From: Candidatus Omnitrophota bacterium
GTDB taxonomy: Bacteria > Omnitrophota > Gorgyraeia > Duberdicusellales > 4484-171
Length of the DNA stretch: 51,478 bases
Assembly (NCBI GenBank): GCA_003644405.1
Contig: QNCE01000001.1
Location: 1-51,478 of the forward strand
Direction: 5' to 3'
Shown here in pieces: positions 36,010-43,644 of the stretch. Every line of letters begins with the position of its first letter. Positions within the stretch are counted from its first letter, which is position 1. The position numbers were made by a program, and so were the translations under genes. The notes beneath the pieces are model-generated. The model was not told the DNA's origin, did no database searches, and worked only from the letters and a program-made list of their open reading frames with translations.

Positions 36010-36404
36010 AATCCCTGTTCTAATCTTCTAAATACCTCTTCTTCAACAAAGACAGGAGAGTTAGTTCTCACTGCCAAAGCTATGCTGTCTGAGGGACGAG
36101 CATCTACAACTTTGGTACCTTCTTTAGTAATTAAAAAAAGTTTAGCATGGAAAGTACTATCTACCAACTTATCAATGACCACTTTCTCTAACCTAACCTC
36201 TAAAGCATCGAATAAAGACTTCATCAAGTCATGAGTAAGAGGCCGAGGGGGCATAAATCCACTCAACTTCATTCTCACTGCCAAAGCTTCGGTTAAACCA
36301 ATTACAATAGGAAGGGTTTTTGAGCCATTTTTTTCTCTTAAGACAATTATCTGCTCTCTTTTTTCCTCGTCAATAATGATTCTGGATAACTCTACCTCAA
36401 TCAT
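36006..36404 (-). CDS. Bifunctional nuclease (BFN/DUF151) family protein
   Basis: 132 aa. [24 protein letters not shown] and RPLTHDLM are typical of DUF151. Confidence 0.7.
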   Translation of the reverse strand: MIEVELSRIIIDEEKREQIIVLREKNGSKTLPIVIGLTEALAVRMKLSGFMPPRPLTHDLMKSLFDALEVRLEKVVIDKLVDSTFHAKLFLITKEGTKVVDARPSDSIALAVRTNSPVFVEEEVFRRLEQGL

Positions 36405-36862
36405 TTTACTTTTTTACTCAAAATATCCCTTAACTCCCTCATAAATTGATTTACATCTTTAAACTGACGATATACAGAAGCAAACCTTACGTAAGCTACG
36501 TCATCAATCTGGGAAAGTTTTTCCATCACTAGTTCTCCTATATAGCGAGAATCTACTTCCTGATCAAACTTCTTCTGAATCTCCTTTTCTATATCGGAAA
36601 CAAGTTTATCTAATCTTTCCACACTTATTGGCCTTTTCTGGCAGGCTTTAAGTAACCCCTCCAGAATCTTCTGACGACTGAAGGGCTCACGACGTCCATC
36701 TTTTTTTACTACCATAAGAGGAATTTTCTCCACATACTCATAAGTAGTAAACCTCCTCCCACAATTTAAGCATTCCCTCCTTCTTCTTATAGAAGCTCCC
36801 TCTTGAGTCTCCCGAGAATCAACTACTTTATCCTCATTATGGTTACAGTAAGGACACCTCAT
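36401..36862 (-). CDS. nrdR: Transcriptional repressor NrdR
   Basis: 153 aa. [16 protein letters not shown] zinc ribbon followed by an ATP-cone. Confidence 0.95.
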   Translation of the reverse strand: MRCPYCNHNEDKVVDSRETQEGASIRRRRECLNCGRRFTTYEYVEKIPLMVVKKDGRREPFSRQKILEGLLKACQKRPISVERLDKLVSDIEKEIQKKFDQEVDSRYIGELVMEKLSQIDDVAYVRFASVYRQFKDVNQFMRELRDILSKKVK

Positions 36863-37327
36863 CTAAACTGATTTTTTGGAAAGCTTTCTCAACTTAATCT
36901 TTCCTTCCTTTAAAAACTGTTCAGCCATCTTATCCGGGTAACTATCCCGATAAATTATCTCCTTTATCCCTGCGTTTATAATCATCTTAGCACAGATACT
37001 ACAGGGAGCGCAAGTAACATATAAACTACTCCCCTTTACAGAAACACCATGGAAAGCGGCTTGAAGAAGAACATTCTGTTCAGCATGCAACCCTCGGCAT
37101 AACTCGTGCCTCTCTCCTGAGGGAACTTTTAACTTTTCTCTCAAGCATCCTACTACTTCACAGTGCTCTAACCCTCGAGGAGCTCCATTATAACCAGTAG
37201 CTAAAATTCTCTTATCTTTAACTAAAACTGCACCTACTTTTCTTCTTAAACAAGTAGAACGTCGTGAAACTAGTTCAGCTACACTCATAAAGTAAGTATC
37301 CCAATCAGGCCGACTACTCTTTCCCAT
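36863..37327 (-). CDS. dCMP deaminase (ComEB-type cytidine/deoxycytidylate deaminase)
   Basis: 154 aa. HAEQN and PCSICAKMI zinc-binding motifs. Confidence 0.85.
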   Translation of the reverse strand: MGKSSRPDWDTYFMSVAELVSRRSTCLRRKVGAVLVKDKRILATGYNGAPRGLEHCEVVGCLREKLKVPSGERHELCRGLHAEQNVLLQAAFHGVSVKGSSLYVTCAPCSICAKMIINAGIKEIIYRDSYPDKMAEQFLKEGKIKLRKLSKKSV

Positions 37328-38570
37328 TAAATTCAGGATAAAGAGGGAACTTTTCCAATAATTCGTGAACTTCTTTCCTTATTTTATCCAACTTTTGAGA
37401 GTCACTCCGATACCTAACAGCTCTATCTATAAAATCACAAATCATCTCCATTTCTTTTTCTTTCATTCCTCGGGTAGTTACTGCAGGAGTTCCTATTCTT
37501 ATCCCGCTGGTAATTTTCGGAGGATTGGGATCAAAAGGTATAAGGTTCTTATTTACAGTAATATCTACCTTCTCTAAAATATCAGCGCACTCTCTACCTG
37601 TTAAATTCTTGGGACGCAAATCCACTAAGAATAGGTGAGTATCTGTACCTCCACTTACTATGCGATAACCTCTCATCTCCAAAAAGTTTGCGAAAGCTCT
37701 TGCGTTATCCAAAATTTTTCTCTGATACTCCTTAAATTCATCAGTAAATGCTAACCCAAAGGCAACTGCTTTAGCAGCAATTATATGCATAAGAGGACCA
37801 CCTTGAACACCAGGAAATACCGCACTATCAATTTTTTTAGCAAACTCTTTTCTACAGAGAATAAACCCTGCTCGTGGCCCCCTTAACGTCTTATGTGTAG
37901 TAGAAGTTACAAAATCTGCTAAAGGAGTAGGGTTAGGATAAAGTCCTGCTGCTACCATCCCAGCAAAGTGAGCCATATCTACTAGAAGGAGTGCTCCTAC
38001 TTTATCACAAATTTTACGAAACTTTTCAAAGTCAATTATCCTAGGATAAGCACTAGCTCCAGCAATAACTAGCTTGGGCTTATGTTTTAAAGCTAACTCT
38101 TCTATCTCATCGTAATCCAGAGGCTCAGTTTCACGATTCAACCCGTAAGCTATCACATTGTAAAATTTTCCACTAAAATTCAAGGGATGACCATGAGAGA
38201 GATGTCCTCCACAAGCTAAATCCATAGCTAAAATTGTTTCTCCCACTTTTAGGGTAGCTAACATTACCGCCATGTTTGCTTGTGTCCCTGAATGCGGTTG
38301 AACGTTAGCATGCTCGGCGCCAAATAGTTTTTTTACTCTCTCTCTAGCCAAATCTTCAACCTCATCGACAAATTGACAACCTCCATACCAGCGAGCACGG
38401 GGATAACCTTCAGCATACTTATTAGTAAGAGGGGAACTGGCAGCCTCTAAAACTGCTAAAGGTGCGAAATTTTCACTAGCAATAAGCTCGATTTGAGTCT
38501 TCTGCCTTTTGACTTCTCTTAAGATACTCTTGTATACTTGAGGATCGACATCTTTAAGGTAGTCAAACAC
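37314..38570 (-). CDS. glyA: Serine hydroxymethyltransferase
   Basis: 418 aa. LIASENF, and the PLP-Lys in [10 protein letters not shown]. Confidence 0.95.
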   Translation of the reverse strand: MFDYLKDVDPQVYKSILREVKRQKTQIELIASENFAPLAVLEAASSPLTNKYAEGYPRARWYGGCQFVDEVEDLARERVKKLFGAEHANVQPHSGTQANMAVMLATLKVGETILAMDLACGGHLSHGHPLNFSGKFYNVIAYGLNRETEPLDYDEIEELALKHKPKLVIAGASAYPRIIDFEKFRKICDKVGALLLVDMAHFAGMVAAGLYPNPTPLADFVTSTTHKTLRGPRAGFILCRKEFAKKIDSAVFPGVQGGPLMHIIAAKAVAFGLAFTDEFKEYQRKILDNARAFANFLEMRGYRIVSGGTDTHLFLVDLRPKNLTGRECADILEKVDITVNKNLIPFDPNPPKITSGIRIGTPAVTTRGMKEKEMEMICDFIDRAVRYRSDSQKLDKIRKEVHELLEKFPLYPEFNGKE

Positions 38571-39012
38571 TCTCTTCCTCCTCTATCAACCTAATTTTTC
38601 TTACCCGACGCAGGTGTCTACCACCCTCAAACTCTGTATTTAACCATCGCCAGACAATTTTTTTTGCTAAAAAAAGAGTTAAAAATCCTGCACCTAACAC
38701 AATGATATTGGTATCGTTATGTCTCCTACTTAAAGCTGCTGTCTTTAGGTTGTAAACCAAGCCTGCTCTTACTCCCTTAACTTTATTAGCGCAAATACTA
38801 CTACCTATACCGGTATAACAGATAATAATCCCTTTATTTACTCTTCTATCTCTTACCGCCTTAGCCAAAGGGTAAACATAATCAGGGTAATCACAAGGCT
38901 CGTTGGAATAGGTTCCGTAATCAACCACAGATACATTTTTTGTTTTTAAGAAATCAATTAGAACATTCTTTAGTTTAAATCCACGATGATCACTAGCTAT
39001 TCCTACTCTCAT
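38563..39012 (-). CDS. rpiB: Ribose-5-phosphate isomerase B
   Basis: 149 aa. [12 protein letters not shown] and [13 protein letters not shown]. Confidence 0.9.
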   Translation of the reverse strand: MRVGIASDHRGFKLKNVLIDFLKTKNVSVVDYGTYSNEPCDYPDYVYPLAKAVRDRRVNKGIIICYTGIGSSICANKVKGVRAGLVYNLKTAALSRRHNDTNIIVLGAGFLTLFLAKKIVWRWLNTEFEGGRHLRRVRKIRLIEEEESV

Positions 39013-39018
39013 ATTTTC

Positions 39019-40080
39019 CTATAACCAATCTCTTAACTCTAAAATTGCCTTCTTTATTAACTCATAAACTTGGAAGTAAACTTCATAAGGCTTACCCATT
39101 GGATCAGGTATATCTTTTTCCATATCTAAAGGTAAAAATTTCTTCAGACAAAAAACTCTTGGCTCAGAAGTAGGCTCTAACTTCACAATGTGTTCTTTCT
39201 GGACATCACTCATAGTAAAGACTAAATCTGAGGAAAGAATGGTTTTTCTATCTAACCGTTTAGATTTATGATCTTCCAAAACTATACCTTCCTCTCTTTT
39301 TAGAATTTCCGCTACAGCAGGAGATAAAGGAGAGCCTTCTAAAGGATGAAGCCCCCTAGAAATAATTTCGTAACGCTGAAAGGTATGTGGGTTATACTCA
39401 GAGAGGTATTTTTTCAAAAGGTGTTCTCCCATTACTGAACGACAGGTATTCCCTGTACATACAAAAACGATTCTCTTTTTTACATAGATATCTACTATTT
39501 CTTTAACAGAAATCGCCCCTTCTCTTAAAATTTTAAAAGGATGATAAGTTAAATCTATTACTGTAGAAGGCTTAAAGTAAACAGGAGGACCAGCATCAAC
39601 AATTAAATCTATATTCCCATCGAATTTTTCTTCCACCTCCTTAGCACTCACTGCTTCTTTCTCTCCGCTTAGGTTAGCGGAAGGTAGATAAACAGGAGAG
39701 CCTACTACCCGAAGAATCTCTGCTAAGATCTTATGATCAGGAACTCTCACTCCTATTTTCTCTCCTTCCTTAGAGTAATACACTATAGTAAGAGGCCCTG
39801 GCCAGTATTTTTCTAACAAGCGGTATCCATAAGGAGGAAGAACTGAAAGAAACGAAAGAGCTTTCTCTACATCAGGTATATGTAAACTAAAAGGTTTATT
39901 AGAATCTCTGTGTTTAATCTGGTACAATCTCTCTACTGCTGACTTATTAGTGGGAAGGACAGCTAAACCGTAAACAGTTTCCGTAGGAAGAGCAACTATC
40001 CCTCCTCTTGTAAGAATCTCTTTTACTTCCTTCCCTAAAAACGAAATGTCCTGACAAGCTAAGGCATCTAATCTTTTCAT
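39019..40080 (-). CDS. YrdC/Sua5-type threonylcarbamoyl-AMP synthase domain fused to a low-molecular-weight phosphatase domain
   Basis: 353 aa. Residues 1 to about 200 form a YrdC domain (LPTETVYGLA, KHRDSNKPFSL, PSANLSGE). Residues about 203-353 are LMW-PTP, with the P-loop CTGNTCRS (39436-39459) and the general-acid motif DIPDP. Confidence 0.85.
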   Translation of the reverse strand: MKRLDALACQDISFLGKEVKEILTRGGIVALPTETVYGLAVLPTNKSAVERLYQIKHRDSNKPFSLHIPDVEKALSFLSVLPPYGYRLLEKYWPGPLTIVYYSKEGEKIGVRVPDHKILAEILRVVGSPVYLPSANLSGEKEAVSAKEVEEKFDGNIDLIVDAGPPVYFKPSTVIDLTYHPFKILREGAISVKEIVDIYVKKRIVFVCTGNTCRSVMGEHLLKKYLSEYNPHTFQRYEIISRGLHPLEGSPLSPAVAEILKREEGIVLEDHKSKRLDRKTILSSDLVFTMSDVQKEHIVKLEPTSEPRVFCLKKFLPLDMEKDIPDPMGKPYEVYFQVYELIKKAILELRDWL

Positions 40081-40547
40081 CTTTTGAACTTTTCTTCTAT
40101 CCGCCTAACAATCTTTGTGTAATCCTTATAGAAGAGAGCGAGTATCTTTAAAGAAAATATTATTCCATTAATAAATCCCTTCTTACCTATTCCTGTAGAT
40201 ACTAAGCCAATTCCCTTAGGAACTTCAACAATGGAAAAAAGGCTTTCTACTCCCTTTAAAGGACCGGAATCTAAGGGCACTCCAATAACAGGGATATCTA
40301 AATAGGAGGCGACAATTCCAGGTAAAGCAGCAGAGAGTCCTGCGCAAGCAATAACAATCTTTATACCTTCTTTTTTAGCATGTTTACAAAAATTTTGCAG
40401 TTTATAAGGAGAGCGATGAGCAGAAATTACTTCTAATCGATAAAGACAACCTGCCTCCTTTAAAAGATTTAATGCCTCTCCTAATCTCTCTAAGTCTGAC
40501 TTACTACCTAAAAGAATAGCAATTTTAGGCTTTTCTTTTCTTCTCAT
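40077..40547 (-). CDS. purE: N5-carboxyaminoimidazole ribonucleotide mutase (PurE family)
   Basis: 156 aa. LLGSKSDL, ISAHRSP, and AGLSAALPG (canonical AGGAAHLPG, His replaced by Ala). Confidence 0.8.
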   Translation of the reverse strand: MRRKEKPKIAILLGSKSDLERLGEALNLLKEAGCLYRLEVISAHRSPYKLQNFCKHAKKEGIKIVIACAGLSAALPGIVASYLDIPVIGVPLDSGPLKGVESLFSIVEVPKGIGLVSTGIGKKGFINGIIFSLKILALFYKDYTKIVRRIEEKFKR

Positions 40548-40568
40548 ATTTCCCTTAATTTTATCTTC

Positions 40569-41864
40569 TCATGATAAAAATTTCAATCCTTTATTTCCTA
40601 TATCTCGACGATAATGCATCCCTTCAAAGTAGACCTTTTTTATAGCAGAGTAAACTTTCTCCTGAGCTTTACGAAAATCAGAATCCAATCCTACAATATT
40701 AAGCACTCTTCCTCCATTAGTGACAAAAAATGTATTTCCTGTTTGGCTATCGAAAACCTTCTTTGTTCCTGCATGAAATACAAGGATATCTTCTTGCTTC
40801 TCTAAACTTTCTAAGCCATTAATTACCTTCCCTTTCTCGTATTTACCAGGATAACCTCCAGAAGCTAAAACTACACAGATACAGAAACGTTGATCCCAAA
40901 CTAAATTTATATTCTTTAATCTTCCTTCGATGTTAGCTAATATAACTTCTACTAAATCACTCTTCAGTTTAGGTAGAATTGCTTGCGTCTCCGGATCACC
41001 AAAACGCACATTAAACTCCAGCACATAAGGTTCTCCATTAGCAATCATTAACCCTAGATAAATAATCCCCTTATAAACCTTATTCTCCTTCTTTAGCCCC
41101 TTAACCAAAGGAGAGAGAATTTTATCTTCAATTTTTGAAAAAAGTAAATCCCCTATTAAAGGGGCGGGAGCATATGCTCCCATTCCTCCTGTATTGGGTC
41201 CTTGATCGTTATCAAATACAGGTTTATGATCCTGAGAAGTCACTAAAGGCAAAAATGTATCGGTATCTAAAAAGGCTAATAGAGATGCCTCCTCTCCTTC
41301 TAAAAAATCCTCAACTACAACTTTTTCTCCTGCTGCTCCAAACTCTTTCTTAACCATTATTCGCTCTATAGCTTCCCTAGCTTGGGAAAGGTTGTGGCAA
41401 ATAATTGCTCCTTTCCCTCCTGCTAACCCGTCAGCTTTAACTACACAGGGGAAATCACATCTTTCTATATAGCTAAATGCCTTACCAGAATCATCAAAAA
41501 TCTCAAACTCTGCAGTAGGTATTCCATATTTTCTCATAAATTGCTTGGCAAAAACTTTACTTCCTTCCAAAATAGCTACGTCTTTTGTAGGACCGAAAAT
41601 TTTTAACCCTCTCTTAGTAAATTCATCTACAATACCTTCTACTAAAGGAGCCTCTGGACCTACAACAGTAAGGTCAATTCCCTCTCTTAAAGCGAATTTT
41701 GCTATTCCTTCTATATCTTGAGGTTGGATATCCACATTTTCTGCAAGAAGAGCTGTGCCTCCATTACCAGAAGCGCAGAATACCTTATCTACGTAGGAAG
41801 AATTCTTAATCTTATAAACTAAGCAGTGCTCTCGCCCTCCTCCTCCTATCACCAAGACCTTCAT
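40569..41864 (-). CDS. purD: Phosphoribosylamine-glycine ligase
   Basis: MKVLVIGGGGREH start chosen at 41864 because GGGAGGAAGG lies immediately upstream. The track ORF starts 4 codons earlier (41876). ATP-grasp fold. Confidence 0.9.
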   Translation of the reverse strand: MKVLVIGGGGREHCLVYKIKNSSYVDKVFCASGNGGTALLAENVDIQPQDIEGIAKFALREGIDLTVVGPEAPLVEGIVDEFTKRGLKIFGPTKDVAILEGSKVFAKQFMRKYGIPTAEFEIFDDSGKAFSYIERCDFPCVVKADGLAGGKGAIICHNLSQAREAIERIMVKKEFGAAGEKVVVEDFLEGEEASLLAFLDTDTFLPLVTSQDHKPVFDNDQGPNTGGMGAYAPAPLIGDLLFSKIEDKILSPLVKGLKKENKVYKGIIYLGLMIANGEPYVLEFNVRFGDPETQAILPKLKSDLVEVILANIEGRLKNINLVWDQRFCICVVLASGGYPGKYEKGKVINGLESLEKQEDILVFHAGTKKVFDSQTGNTFFVTNGGRVLNIVGLDSDFRKAQEKVYSAIKKVYFEGMHYRRDIGNKGLKFLS

Positions 41865-41876
41865 CCTTCCTCCCAT

Positions 41877-42884
41877 TTAAACAAATTTTATCTTCTCCTT
41901 TGCCTTTATTACCTCTCCAATAATATAAACAGGATAAAATTTTCGGAGAGTATTTACGATTTTTTTAACACTCTTTCTGTCCACTACTAGAACCATCCCT
42001 ATACCCATGTTAAATACTGAATACATCTCTCTATCATCTATATTAGCTTTCTCTTGAATAATTTTAAAAATTTTAGGAACAGACCAGCTCCCTCTTTTTA
42101 CTATCGCGCCATAACCAGGAGGAATTATCTTAGTGAACTTGGTGTAAAAAGCTCCCCCAGTAATATGAGCAATTCCTTTAATTTTAGAAAAGTATCTCTT
42201 ATTATTTAAAAGATTACAAATAGCTCTTACATAAATACGAGTGGGCTTAAGTAACTGTTGAGCATAATATTTTATTTCTTTTTTAGAAAAGACTCTTCTT
42301 ACCAGAGAGAAGCCATTGGAGTGTAATCCATTAGAAGCTAACCCCACCAATAAATTCCCTTCGCAAATACTTCTGCCATCAATTATTTTCTCTCTGCTAA
42401 CTACTCCTAAACAAAAACCAGCTAAGTCGTACTCATCTTTTTTATACATACCTGGCATCTCTGCAGTTTCTCCACCTATAAGGAAGCAGCTCGCTTCCCT
42501 TAGAGCTTTTTTTATTCCTATTAAAACTTCTCTTAAAACTAAAATATTTAGTTTTCCACAAGCAATGTAATCAGAAAAGAAAAGAGGAGTTGCTCCTAAA
42601 CAAATGATATCGTTAACATTCATCGCTACTAAATCTATTCCGACGCTACGGTGGTAGTTAAGGTATTGTGCGATTTTTAGTTTTGTTCCTACTCCATCAC
42701 AGGAAGAAACAAGAAGAGGATTTTTGTATTTCTCGATTACTTTTTTTAAAGGAAAGAAAGAGCCAAAAGCAGAAATTCTCTCCATCCTTCTTTCTGGAAA
42801 AAGTTTTTTAATTACATCTACTAAATTTTCTCCTTTTTTTATATCTACTCCACAACTTTTATAAGTTAGTTTTTTCCTAACCAT
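41877..42884 (-). CDS. purM: Phosphoribosylformylglycinamidine cyclo-ligase
   Basis: 335 aa. SCDGVGTKLKIA and GGETAEMPG. Confidence 0.9.
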   Translation of the reverse strand: MVRKKLTYKSCGVDIKKGENLVDVIKKLFPERRMERISAFGSFFPLKKVIEKYKNPLLVSSCDGVGTKLKIAQYLNYHRSVGIDLVAMNVNDIICLGATPLFFSDYIACGKLNILVLREVLIGIKKALREASCFLIGGETAEMPGMYKKDEYDLAGFCLGVVSREKIIDGRSICEGNLLVGLASNGLHSNGFSLVRRVFSKKEIKYYAQQLLKPTRIYVRAICNLLNNKRYFSKIKGIAHITGGAFYTKFTKIIPPGYGAIVKRGSWSVPKIFKIIQEKANIDDREMYSVFNMGIGMVLVVDRKSVKKIVNTLRKFYPVYIIGEVIKAKEKIKFV

Positions 42885-43644
42885 GGCTAAAATAGTTTAC
42901 CACATTCTCAAATATCTTCCTCCCAAAAGGATAGGTTGTATCTTTCTCCCAATGAGGATGATGGTGAGGAAAAAGAAACCTTTCAGGATGAGGCATAAGC
43001 CCTAAGACTCTTCCTGTAGAATCACTTATTCCTGCAATGCCGTTTAAAGAGCCGTTAGGATTATAAGGGTAAGGAGCTAGTTTACCACTTTTGTCAACAT
43101 ACCTTAAAACTACCTGGTTATTATCTTCTATCTCCTTTAAAGTAGAAGAGTCAGCGTAGAATTTACCTTCCCCATGAGCTACCGGTAAAGTTATCAAAGG
43201 AGGAAGATCTTTAAACCATAAGGAAACAGCGGAAGAAGAGGTCACCTTAAGGTAAACCCATCTATCTTCAAAACGTCCGGAGTCGTTAAAAGTAAGAGTA
43301 GCTTTCTGACGAAAATCTAGGTGGGGTAGAATGCCACTTTTTAGAAGAATCTGAAAACCGTTACATATCCCTAAGATAAGCCCTCCCTTGCTTAAAAACT
43401 TTTCTATCTCTTCTTTAAACCAGAGAAGAATCTCTAAAGAGAAAATCTTCCCTGCCCCTAAGTTATCTCCATAGCTAAATCCTCCAGGTAAACAAAGAAT
43501 CTGGTAGCTAGTGATGTTTTTCTCTTCCTTTACTCTATTGATATGGTAAAGGTAGGTATCTGCTCCTGCTAACCGAAAGGCAAACTCTGTCTCTTTATCA
43601 CAGTTAGTACCTGCTGTTCTTAAAATTAATACCTTGGGTCTCAT
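42877..43644 (-). CDS. purQ: FGAM synthase glutamine amidotransferase subunit
   Basis: 255 aa. Class-I GATase Cys in GICNGFQ and MPHPER. Confidence 0.9.
   Translation of the reverse strand: MRPKVLILRTAGTNCDKETEFAFRLAGADTYLYHINRVKEEKNITSYQILCLPGGFSYGDNLGAGKIFSLEILLWFKEEIEKFLSKGGLILGICNGFQILLKSGILPHLDFRQKATLTFNDSGRFEDRWVYLKVTSSSAVSLWFKDLPPLITLPVAHGEGKFYADSSTLKEIEDNNQVVLRYVDKSGKLAPYPYNPNGSLNGIAGISDSTGRVLGLMPHPERFLFPHHHPHWEKDTTYPFGRKIFENVVNYFSHG

Noticed and set aside
36401-36862. nrdR without adjacent ribonucleotide reductase genes, considered as an anomaly
   Set aside because: NrdR is frequently encoded away from nrd operons. I also could not find a convincing NrdR-box pair in the few intergenic regions here.
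41865-41876. Upstream ATG (MGGR-) as the purD start
   Set aside because: Those four codons themselves spell the GGGAGGAAGG Shine-Dalgarno for the second ATG (41864), and MKVLVIGGGGREH is the typical PurD N-terminus. The difference is minor and is noted in the feature.
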